From the IMG/VR virus record IMGVR_UViG_3300005613_002762, positions 32,001-96,000 of that record: a stretch of 64,000 bases of DNA; one strand, written 5' to 3'. A model generated the notes under the pieces. That model was not told the origin of the DNA and did no database searches. It worked only from the letters and a program-made list of their open reading frames with translations. Source of the stretch: a virus. Positions 19,773-28,628 of the stretch are shown here, in pieces (position 1 is the stretch's first letter; each line of letters starts with the position of its first letter). Made by a program: the position numbers and the translations under genes.

Positions 19773-22688
19773 ATGAAAAAAATTAAATTATTGTATTTGG
19801 TTCCCCATCTTTCAACAGGAGGAATGCCTCAATTTGCATTAAAAAGAATTGAGTCACTTCAAAAATTCAAGGATCAAATAGAAATATTTTTAATTGAATA
19901 CTCGCAATTTAGCACAATATATTTGGTTCAAAGAAATAAGATTTTAGAATTATTAGACGATAATCATTTTTTTTCGTTGGGTGGATTTACCGAAGTTGAA
20001 AAAAAACATAAGTTAATTGATATTCTAAATGAAAATGAAATAGACATCGTTCATATTGAAGAAATTCCAGAAGGGTTTGAAAGTTTTAATAAAATACCAT
20101 TAAACTTATTAAATCAACTTTATGATAATGACAGATCTTGGAAAATAATTGAGTCATGTCATAATGTTTGGTATAATCCTGAAAATAAAAAACTTCACCC
20201 TGACGCATATTCATTTGTCACCCCATATCATTTTGAAACATTTAAATCTGAAAAATCATATAAGAAACTTCATACATATCCATATGAAAATAAAATTGAT
20301 CCGATATTAAAAGAATTAAATATATTTTTAACCGAACACAGAGTTCCGTTACTTAAAAAATTAACAGAAAGAGAAAAGTTAAAAATAGACCTAACTAAAA
20401 CACATATCTTAAATGTTGGGTTATGGACCGAAGGAAAAAATCAAAAAGAGGGTATTGAAGTTGCAAGATTACTTGAAAATAGTCATCCCGATTTACATTT
20501 TCATTTCATTGGAAATCAAGCGGAAAATTTTGAATCTTATTGGAAACCAATTATGGAAAACCTGCCGAGTAATGTTACCGTATGGGGTGAAAGAAGTGAT
20601 GTTGATTCATTTATGATTGCTTGTGATGTTATGATGTTTAATTCGGTTTGGGAATGTAATCCGTTGGTAATTAGAGAATCAATCAATTATGGTATGAAAA
20701 TTATTGCAAGAAACTTTTCACACTATATGGGAATGTTTGATAACTATATCACACCAATAGAAACTAATGATTGTTTAAACATTTCTAATCAACTATTAAA
20801 ACTTATTAGTAGTGATAAAACATATGAAATAGAAAATCAAAAAGATTTTGGAAAAGATCTTTTATCTTTTTACGATGAGGTTTTAAAAATTGAAAAATAC
20901 AATAATAACCCGATTGAAAACGATTATGTTATTAAACAACATTTTGTTGTAAACCCGTTTTTTGAAATATTGGGTCAGGGGGATAGAGAATTTAATATTA
21001 AATTATTTGATGAGAAATCTTTGGTTTATGAAAACAACATTAAAATAAATAGTTGGGTTAAACTCAACCGAGAATATTATACAAAATGGAAAACTGAAGT
21101 TAGAGAAAACAACAATCTTATTTATGAAAATGTTTTAGATCTAAAAGACAAAAGAGTTTATATTTCTTTTGGGTCAAAATCTCTTGGTGATACATTAGCA
21201 TGGATCCCATATTGTGAAGAGTTTAGATTAAAACATAATTGTAAGTTGATAGTTTCAACATTTATGAATTATTTGTTTAAAACACAATACCCCGAAATAG
21301 AGTTTGTTGAACCTGGCGAAGTTGTTTTAAACATTCAGGCACAATATAGATTGGGTTGGTTTTATAATGAAAATGGAGAATTAAACTCCAATATTCATAA
21401 AACAGATATTAAAACACAACCACTTCAAAAAACGGCAACCGATATTCTTGGTTTAGACTATAAAGAAATAAGACCAAATCTTAATTTACCAAATGTAGAA
21501 AAAAAGAAAAAAGTTGGGATCGGTTTTCATTCTACAGCACAAGCAAAATATTGGAACAATAAAAGTGGTTGGCAAGAAGTTGTTGATTACTTAAATAATC
21601 TTGGGTATGAATGTATGATTTACTCAAAAGAAGGTGATGGTTATATGAATAACTTTTACCCAAAAGGAGTTTCAGTTTTTAAAGGTGGAAACTTACAAGA
21701 GGTAATTAATGATCTATCCACTTGTGAATTTTTTGTAGGTCTTGGATCAGGTTTATCTTGGTTGGCTTGGGCTTGTAAACTACCCGTTGTTCTTATATCA
21801 GGGTTTAGTGAAAAATGGGCAGAAACAAAATTAGATACATATAGGGTAATAAATGAAAACGTTTGTCATGGATGTTTTAATTGGGATAGATTAGACGCAG
21901 GAGATTGGAATTGGTGTCCTTTACATAAAGGAACTGATCGTCAATTTGAGTGTTCAAAACAAATAACATCTGAAATGGTGATAAAAGAAATTAATAAAAT
22001 TATGAATAAAGAAGAAAAGTCCATTCAAATTGATGAGGTTACATTTGATTGGGGTAAAAAAAGTGAATGGTATGTGAGTCAAGCAACTCAAGAAATATTT
22101 GAGTATAACATATATGAAAGATTATTTGAAGTAGAAGAAGGTGATGTTGTTGTTGATTTAGGAGCATCATTAGGACCATTTACATATTCAATACTTCCAA
22201 AAAATCCAAAACAATGTTTTGTGGTGGAACCATTATCTTATCACATAGATATTTTAAATAAAAATGTGGGACGAGAAAATGTTAAAATTATTCAAGGGGC
22301 AATTTCAGATAAAAAGAAATTAGAAATCACTTGGGATAATATTACAGAAACTTCACCAACATTTACCTTTAAAGAATTTTTAGATGATAATAACATAAAT
22401 AAAATAGACTTTTTAAAATGTGACTGCGAGGGGGGTGAGTATGATGTGTTTTCTAAAAGTAATATTGAGTTCTTAAAAACAATACCAAAAATTGTTGTTG
22501 AGTTTCATTTAAGAAATGACGAAAACTTTCACCAATGTAAGTTCAGATGGTTTAGAGACAATATTCTAAATATGTTTGAAAACTTTGAAGTGTATTCTAT
22601 TGATGGTGTAAATATAAAGTGGGATCTTTGGAACGAACACTTTATTGAATATTATAACGAAGTTATTTTTTATTTTGATAATAGATAA
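19773..22688 (+). CDS. Triple fusion: GT4-like glycosyltransferase + TibC/AAH-type autotransporter O-heptosyltransferase + FkbM methyltransferase
   Basis: PHLSTGGMPQ, ECNPLVIRES (GT4); SLGDTLAW, QPLQ, STAQAKYWNN, GLGSGLSWLAWA, CHGC..WCP..FECSK (TibC/AAH with iron finger); DLGASLG, LKCDCEGGE (FkbM). Start 19773 or 19755. Confidence 0.88.
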   Translation: MKKIKLLYLVPHLSTGGMPQFALKRIESLQKFKDQIEIFLIEYSQFSTIYLVQRNKILELLDDNHFFSLGGFTEVEKKHKLIDILNENEIDIVHIEEIPEGFESFNKIPLNLLNQLYDNDRSWKIIESCHNVWYNPENKKLHPDAYSFVTPYHFETFKSEKSYKKLHTYPYENKIDPILKELNIFLTEHRVPLLKKLTEREKLKIDLTKTHILNVGLWTEGKNQKEGIEVARLLENSHPDLHFHFIGNQAENFESYWKPIMENLPSNVTVWGERSDVDSFMIACDVMMFNSVWECNPLVIRESINYGMKIIARNFSHYMGMFDNYITPIETNDCLNISNQLLKLISSDKTYEIENQKDFGKDLLSFYDEVLKIEKYNNNPIENDYVIKQHFVVNPFFEILGQGDREFNIKLFDEKSLVYENNIKINSWVKLNREYYTKWKTEVRENNNLIYENVLDLKDKRVYISFGSKSLGDTLAWIPYCEEFRLKHNCKLIVSTFMNYLFKTQYPEIEFVEPGEVVLNIQAQYRLGWFYNENGELNSNIHKTDIKTQPLQKTATDILGLDYKEIRPNLNLPNVEKKKKVGIGFHSTAQAKYWNNKSGWQEVVDYLNNLGYECMIYSKEGDGYMNNFYPKGVSVFKGGNLQEVINDLSTCEFFVGLGSGLSWLAWACKLPVVLISGFSEKWAETKLDTYRVINENVCHGCFNWDRLDAGDWNWCPLHKGTDRQFECSKQITSEMVIKEINKIMNKEEKSIQIDEVTFDWGKKSEWYVSQATQEIFEYNIYERLFEVEEGDVVVDLGASLGPFTYSILPKNPKQCFVVEPLSYHIDILNKNVGRENVKIIQGAISDKKKLEITWDNITETSPTFTFKEFLDDNNINKIDFLKCDCEGGEYDVFSKSNIEFLKTIPKIVVEFHLRNDENFHQCKFRWFRDNILNMFENFEVYSIDGVNIKWDLWNEHFIEYYNEVIFYFDNR

Positions 22689-23204
22689 TTAACCATTGGC
22701 CGCTTTTATCCATTGACAAGTTAAACTTTCGGCACTATTGGCAACAAGTCCTGACACTATCAAATAAACGTCGGATGTCCAATTTATTGATAATGTACTA
22801 AATCCTCCTGTGTAATTATACGAACCCATGTCATCTCTACCATTGAACGATGTTGAAACAACTTGTGTACCATTTCCTGAACCATCGGCTGTGACAATTG
22901 CAAGTCTTCTGTAATTTTGTGCTGCCCTTGTTGATGTCCCAAAATTAGAAAATGTTGCTAAAAGTGTTGCCCCAACTAAAGAGGATGATGTGTTGTAATA
23001 AAAGTATGTACTACCTTGATACACTCCACCTGATTTTGTTACACAGGTTTCTAATGTTACAATATCGTTTGATGAAAAAGTATTCGCAGGTATTAATATT
23101 GAGTGTATAAGTGTATTGGATAATGAATTTACACTCCCTGTTGGAGTTGTTGTTGTTACAATTTTATACAAATTACCAACATTAAAATTATTAATTTTAG
23201 CCAT
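22689..23204 (-). CDS. Fibre-associated beta protein, paralog 3 of 3
   Basis: IPANTF, RRLAIVTADGSGNG, INWTSD motifs shared with 23197..23718 and 23979..24488. Confidence 0.6.
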   Translation of the reverse strand: MAKINNFNVGNLYKIVTTTTPTGSVNSLSNTLIHSILIPANTFSSNDIVTLETCVTKSGGVYQGSTYFYYNTSSSLVGATLLATFSNFGTSTRAAQNYRRLAIVTADGSGNGTQVVSTSFNGRDDMGSYNYTGGFSTLSINWTSDVYLIVSGLVANSAESLTCQWIKAANG

Positions 23205-23718
23205 TTGTTACTCTCATCCATTGACAGTTTATTGAATCTGAAGCATTTGCGACGTTTCCAGCAATAATAACCCAACTATCAACCGTCCAATTTATTGCTA
23301 ATGATGTGTTAACATAGTTACCTATTCTTAGGTAATCTTGATAAACATTATCGGTGTTTAGATGATTAAAAGTGCCATCACCACTCCCGTCGGCAGTTAC
23401 TATTGACGCTCTTCTTGAAAAAAAAATTGGTGTTGTTGTTGTACCAACAACATTAGTATATTGTAACATTTGTAAGGGTGTCGGTGAAGATATACTATCA
23501 GCACTATTCCAGTAAAGTTTGAAACTAGATAAACCATTACTTCCTGTTTTTTTTATGGCAACTTCTATTTTAATTACATCACCAACCCCAAAGGTGTTCG
23601 CAGGAATGTTTATAGACGCTAATTTTGTTTCTAAAGTTGACGAAGTTGTGGGTTGAGGAGTCGTCAAATTTACCGTTTTAAACGGACTATACATATTATA
23701 TCCTATTATCTGAGTCAT
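23197..23718 (-). CDS. Fibre-associated beta protein, paralog 2 of 3
   Basis: IPANTF, RRASIVTADGSGDG, INWTVD motifs. Confidence 0.6.
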   Translation of the reverse strand: MTQIIGYNMYSPFKTVNLTTPQPTTSSTLETKLASINIPANTFGVGDVIKIEVAIKKTGSNGLSSFKLYWNSADSISSPTPLQMLQYTNVVGTTTTPIFFSRRASIVTADGSGDGTFNHLNTDNVYQDYLRIGNYVNTSLAINWTVDSWVIIAGNVANASDSINCQWMRVTNG

Positions 23719-23977
23719 TATAACCGTATATGTAATTTACCAAATCGTTTATTGTGTCAAATGTGTTATTATCAATACTAACCTCATTAAGTTTAAAAAA
23801 AATAATGTTTTCGTCTAATTCAATAGATAATTCATAAGGGTTATATGAAAAATAACCTCTAGTTCCTTCTTCATCTACATAAGTGAAAGTAAGTTCTCTT
23901 GGAACATCTAAAAATGAATTTCCTTCAGAACCATTTTTTTTTACTAATGTATTTTTTATTTTTTCTAAATATATCAT
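23696..23977 (-). CDS. Hypothetical protein (93 aa)
   Basis: Tightly packed ORF within the fibre operon. Confidence 0.55.
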   Translation of the reverse strand: MIYLEKIKNTLVKKNGSEGNSFLDVPRELTFTYVDEEGTRGYFSYNPYELSIELDENIIFFKLNEVSIDNNTFDTINDLVNYIYGYNDSDNRI

Positions 23978-23978
23978 A

Positions 23979-24488
23979 TCAGTTTGTAACTTTTAAAAAT
24001 TGTGATCTAACACCTGTCCCTGTACCACTATATCCAGCAATAATAATATAACTATCAACAGTCCAATTTAATACTACACCAGTACTTATTGCGAAAGACG
24101 CCACCGCAAAATCACTATCCAGTGCGTTTCCAACACCATATAATATTGAACCATTACCTGTTCCATTAGCAACTGAAATGGATAATCTTCTATTGTGAAC
24201 TGCGTTAACATTTGCATTTGAATATGTTCTTGTCATTAATTGGACGGGGGTTGTTAAATCATCGGTCTCATTCCAATATAAATATTGAATTAAATTTCCC
24301 GTAGTTAGTCCTGTAAGTCTCAAACGATATTCTATGTGTAATATATCACCGGCAACAAAAGTATTTGCAGGTATAAAAACAGATGTTATCTTCGTATTTA
24401 CTGATGCATTAACATAACTACTCGGAATAGAATTACATATAGAAACTTGTTTATCATTATAAAAATCATAACCGTTAAACTTACTCAT
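23979..24488 (-). CDS. Fibre-associated beta protein, paralog 1 of 3
   Basis: IPANTF, RRLSISVANGTGNG, LNWTVD motifs. Confidence 0.6.
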   Translation of the reverse strand: MSKFNGYDFYNDKQVSICNSIPSSYVNASVNTKITSVFIPANTFVAGDILHIEYRLRLTGLTTGNLIQYLYWNETDDLTTPVQLMTRTYSNANVNAVHNRRLSISVANGTGNGSILYGVGNALDSDFAVASFAISTGVVLNWTVDSYIIIAGYSGTGTGVRSQFLKVTN

Positions 24489-24491
24489 ATC

Positions 24492-27400
24492 TTATATTTC
24501 TACCCAACTATTATCAGGACTAAAATAAATTATTTCATTTGTTCCGTCTATACTATAACCAATAATTCTAATAACATCACCACTTGATGATGGTGCGGTA
24601 GTTGTCACTCCACCTGCAGTTGTCGATACGTAAATTATATCACCTGTATTTGTTGTAAATCCTGAATTTCTAATATATCCTCTAACCAACATACCGTCCG
24701 AAGCCGAGGTACCAAGAGCAAATGCTAACATCCCTGTCGATGATGATGTGGCGTTTGCATCTGCAGATGACCAAGAACCCAAGGAGTCCAAGTAATATAA
24801 ATTACCGGCAGTCAATGAACCACCGCCAAAAGTTACAATATCACCATATCCTTCTACAGATGTTGTTAATTCTGTAGTTGGGTTATGTATAAACGAAGTG
24901 TCTCCAGAAACTATTAATTTTCTTGATGGTGTATCAGTTCCAATACCAACATTATCTGTAGAGGCATCAACATAAAATAAATTACTATCAGAACCCCCTT
25001 TTATTTGAAAGTCTGATGTTGTAGTATTGGAATTATTAAATATTGCAATACCTTCGTCCGCAAAAACTGAGTAATTATCACCAGCACCTGCGGCACTAAC
25101 TCTTAAACCATAATTCTCTTTTGCGTCATTTTGTACTAAAATGTTAACACCGTATTTTATTGAGGATAAAGGGTTACTTGTTCCGTAAACATGAAAATAA
25201 CCTCCTGTCTGTGTGTCTCCACCGCCACTATCAACGTTAAAATTGTCAATTTTTATACCATAAGAACTTCCAACATTTCCCGGCAATACCGATTCAAATC
25301 CGATATTAAAGTCACTACCATCAGAAACCGCAGTAGAAATTCCCCAATGATTTTCAGATACACCACCAATCGTAAACTCAGCACCTATTTTATCACCTAA
25401 ATTGTCATCTGAGTTTGCAAAAACATCACCCCTTATTCCGGTTTGTCTTGATGAACCTTTAGTCGTATTATTTAATATTTGAAGTCCGACATTATCACCA
25501 AAAGAGGTATTATTACCAACCAATATGTCAATACCGACATTTATTATTGTTGCGTCATAAGTAGTAACTTTTTGACCTGTTAATTCAATTATCGTTGATT
25601 GATCACCAATCGATTCTATGTTTATGTTTGAATATCCTGTAGTTTGATTAGTTTGCTGAGAACTAACATATAGAGCGTATGTACCACTACCAACAGTATC
25701 TACAATGTTTTGATATCCTGTCACATCAAGTCTATTGGTCGCCGCACCAAAAACTAAATTAGTTTCAGCGACAATACCACCTAAACCATCTGATGTTAAC
25801 ACTTGATTGTTTGATCCCCCTACGGTTGGTGAGACTCCGCTAGTTCCATCAGTACCGCTAGTACCGTTTGTACCACTACTTCCTGAGGTTCCATTTGTAC
25901 CTGACGTACCATTAGTCCCACTTGATCCCGACGTGCCGTTTGTTCCTGAAGTTCCGTCTGTACCGCTAGACCCCGAAGTACCATTAGTCCCTGATGTTCC
26001 ATTAGTTCCGCTAGACCCCGAAGTACCATCAGTCCCAGATGTTCCATTAGTACCACTTGTCCCATTTGTACCTGATGAACCGCTAGTACCATTTGTTCCG
26101 CTACTACCACTAGTTCCATTAGTTCCTGAAGAACCTGAGGTTCCGTCCGTTCCGCTAGTTCCATTTGTACCATCAGTCCCGCTTGAACCATTTGTTCCGT
26201 CTGTCCCACTAGTCCCATCAGTTCCTGAAGTTCCATCCGTACCACTTGAGCCCGATGTTCCATCCGTACCGCTAGAACCATTTGTTCCATTTGTACCTGA
26301 GGTACCATCTGTTCCTGAACTCCCACTAGTACCATTAGTTCCATTTGTTCCATCGGTACCGCTAGTTCCATCTGTACCTGAAGATCCATTCGTACCGTCA
26401 GTTCCTGAACTACCATTAGTACCATCTGTTCCGCTAGTACCGTCTGTCCCCGAAGATCCGTTAGTTCCATCAGTCCCACTTGTTCCATTAGTCCCCGAAG
26501 ATCCGTTTGTACCTGAAGTACCATTAATACCACTAGTACCGTCAGTTCCACTTGAGCCTGATGTACCATTGGTCCCTGAACTTCCATTAGTACCATCAGT
26601 TCCGCTAGTACCATCTGTACCACTTGAGCCATTTGTTCCGTCTGTTCCACTAGTACCATCAGTACCCGAAGTCCCATCAGTTCCGCTAGATCCATTTGTA
26701 CCCGATGTTCCGTCCGTTCCTGAACTACCACTTGAACCATTAGTTCCGTCTGTTCCTGAAGTACCATCAGTACCCGAAGATCCATTTGTTCCGTCTGTTC
26801 CTGAAGTTCCATCTGTACCAGATGTTCCATCAGTACCATTAGTTCCTGAAGTTCCGTTAGTTCCACTTGTTCCATTAGATCCACTAGTACCGCTTGTTCC
26901 ATCTGTTCCTGAACTACCATTAGTTCCGTCTGTTCCGCTAGTCCCGTTTGTACCGCTACTACCACTAGATCCATTTGTTCCACTAGTACCATTAGTCCCT
27001 GATGATCCGTCAGTTCCGCTAGTTCCATCACTACCATTTGTTCCACTTGTTCCTGAACTACCACTCGTCCCTGAACTACCACTTGTTCCTGATGTTCCGT
27101 TTGTTCCTGAACTCCCATCAGTCCCTGATGTTCCATTCGTCCCACTTGAACCTGAAGTTCCGCTACTTCCTGATGACCCATCGGTTCCATTGGTTCCGCT
27201 ACTTCCTGACGACCCATCGGTTCCATTTGTCCCTGATGATCCATTAGTTCCTGACGATCCATTAGTTCCTGATGATCCATTAGTTCCTGATGATCCATTA
27301 GTTCCTGATGACCCACTTGTTCCTGATGACCCACTCGACCCGTTAGTTCCGTTAGTTCCACTCGACCCGTTAGTTCCGTTTGTACCTGATGTTCCATTTG

Positions 27401-27710
27401 TACCACTGGTTCCATTAGTTCCTGACGATCCATTTGTACCACTAGTCCCGTTAGTTCCTGATGTTCCATCAAAACCGTTAGTTCCGCTAGTTCCATTCGT
27501 CCCATCAGTTCCGCTAGTTCCATTAGTCCCTGACGTTCCACTAGGACCTGTCGATCCACTTAATATTGCTTGTAAATCACTCAACGGAGCAAAATAGGAA
27601 GATCCTTGAGGGCTTTGTGATGTATCTCCTGTAACAACGACATGAAAAATGTCATTTAAGGTTACTGCGGATACTTTTTGTCGGTCTGTTAATCTATTGT
27701 ATGTCGGCAT
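24492..27710 (-). CDS. Long fibre protein: collagen-like Gly-(T/S)-(S/N/D) repeat, beta-solenoid and cement-like C-terminal domain
   Basis: Gly at every third residue over about 576 aa; NVGIGTDTP..KL.VSG fibre motif; C-terminal GDIIYVS..AG..TTTAPS..GDVIRIIGY. Confidence 0.8.
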   Translation of the reverse strand: MPTYNRLTDRQKVSAVTLNDIFHVVVTGDTSQSPQGSSYFAPLSDLQAILSGSTGPSGTSGTNGTSGTDGTNGTSGTNGFDGTSGTNGTSGTNGSSGTNGTSGTNGTSGTNGTNGSSGTNGTNGSSGSSGTSGSSGTNGSSGTNGSSGTNGSSGTNGSSGTNGTDGSSGSSGTNGTDGSSGSSGTSGSSGTNGTSGTDGSSGTNGTSGTSGSSGTSGSSGTSGTNGSDGTSGTDGSSGTNGTSGTNGSSGSSGTNGTSGTDGTNGSSGTDGTSGTSGSNGTSGTNGTSGTNGTDGTSGTDGTSGTDGTNGSSGTDGTSGTDGTNGSSGSSGTDGTSGTNGSSGTDGTSGTDGTSGTDGTNGSSGTDGTSGTDGTNGSSGTNGTSGSSGTDGTSGINGTSGTNGSSGTNGTSGTDGTNGSSGTDGTSGTDGTNGSSGTDGTNGSSGTDGTSGTDGTNGTNGTSGSSGTDGTSGTNGTNGSSGTDGTSGSSGTDGTSGTDGTSGTDGTNGSSGTDGTNGTSGTDGTSGSSGTNGTSGSSGTNGTSGSSGTNGTSGTNGTSGTDGTSGSSGTNGTSGTNGTSGSSGTDGTSGTNGTSGSSGTNGTSGTNGTSGSSGTNGTSGTDGTSGVSPTVGGSNNQVLTSDGLGGIVAETNLVFGAATNRLDVTGYQNIVDTVGSGTYALYVSSQQTNQTTGYSNINIESIGDQSTIIELTGQKVTTYDATIINVGIDILVGNNTSFGDNVGLQILNNTTKGSSRQTGIRGDVFANSDDNLGDKIGAEFTIGGVSENHWGISTAVSDGSDFNIGFESVLPGNVGSSYGIKIDNFNVDSGGGDTQTGGYFHVYGTSNPLSSIKYGVNILVQNDAKENYGLRVSAAGAGDNYSVFADEGIAIFNNSNTTTSDFQIKGGSDSNLFYVDASTDNVGIGTDTPSRKLIVSGDTSFIHNPTTELTTSVEGYGDIVTFGGGSLTAGNLYYLDSLGSWSSADANATSSSTGMLAFALGTSASDGMLVRGYIRNSGFTTNTGDIIYVSTTAGGVTTTAPSSSGDVIRIIGYSIDGTNEIIYFSPDNSWVEI
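25830..27557 (-). repeat. Degenerate 9-bp-period coding repeat (about 190 Gly-X-Y triplets)
   Basis: Units GTS/GTN/GTD/GSS; includes four near-perfect 18-bp copies of cctgaYgatccattagtt at 27232-27303. Confidence 0.95.
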
Positions 27711-27725
27711 ATCATTAATAAATAT

Positions 27726-28022
27726 TTAAGGACCTTGAAATAAAAATATATCTGCGTCTTGAAATAAAAATATTTCGAAGTTTTCAAATTCTTTTCCATA
27801 AATCTCTTCACAAGAAAGAAGATATATTTTTTCACAATTGTTTGAATCGACCACTTTTAAAATAATTGGTGTTGACTGATCTAATGGTGAAGGAACATCA
27901 AACACATATGGAGACGAAGTTATTGCTGAAACAAAAAAACAATAAGTTATTGTTTGATCACAAACATATATATCGAATGGTGATGTTCCACTTAAAGAAT
28001 TTATTTGAATTGTATTTGGCAT
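27726..28022 (-). CDS. Small Cys-containing putative virion protein (98 aa)
   Basis: Beta-rich ORF directly upstream of the fibre gene, with TATTTAT motif upstream. Confidence 0.6.
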   Translation of the reverse strand: MPNTIQINSLSGTSPFDIYVCDQTITYCFFVSAITSSPYVFDVPSPLDQSTPIILKVVDSNNCEKIYLLSCEEIYGKEFENFEIFLFQDADIFLFQGP

Positions 28023-28070
28023 ATTATATAAATATAAACCCTTAAATAAGTATTCATCTATTTATAGTAT

Positions 28071-28628
28071 ATGTCGAAAAATAAACTGAATAAAATGAAA
28101 CTTGATCTTTATTTAAAAGAATTAAATCTTTTAGAATCAGAGAAACAATATGTAGATGAGTTCACATCACACTATAAACCTCAGTTTATGGAAGACGCAA
28201 TTAAATTAGGTTATGTGTCACCAATTATTACAGGAGAAACAAATTCTTCTTGTGGTATAAAAAAAGACAAAGCATTTGAGGTAACGAATGAAGAGAAAAA
28301 AACTATTAAAACAATTTTCAGATCTATAGCCAAGGAATGTCATCCTGATAAAACAAAAAGTCCAATAAGGGTTAAATGGTATGAAGAAGCCCAAATTGCA
28401 TATGAAAAAAATGATCTTTTAACATTATATAAGATTGCAAAAAAAATCAATATTGAAATAGATTTTGAAATAAATGGGACTATATTACTACAAAAGACAA
28501 TAGAAGAAAAGAAAAAAGAATTACAATCGGTATCAGGTTCTTTTTTGTGGTTATGGGTTCATTCTGAAACTCAAGAACAAAAAGACGAAATAATAAAACA
28601 ATTTATAAACCAAACAAAACAACAGTGA
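28071..28628 (+). CDS. J-domain (DnaJ-like) co-chaperone
   Basis: IKTIFRSIAKECHPDK contains helix II and the HPD motif. Confidence 0.75.
   Translation: MSKNKLNKMKLDLYLKELNLLESEKQYVDEFTSHYKPQFMEDAIKLGYVSPIITGETNSSCGIKKDKAFEVTNEEKKTIKTIFRSIAKECHPDKTKSPIRVKWYEEAQIAYEKNDLLTLYKIAKKINIEIDFEINGTILLQKTIEEKKKELQSVSGSFLWLWVHSETQEQKDEIIKQFINQTKQQ

Noticed and set aside
25807-27597. 596-aa (+) Val/Pro ORF and 579-aa alternative-frame (-) ORF over the Gly repeat
   Set aside because: Gly/Thr/Ser/Asn/Asp codons cannot generate stops in those two registers, so the open frames are a compositional by-product.
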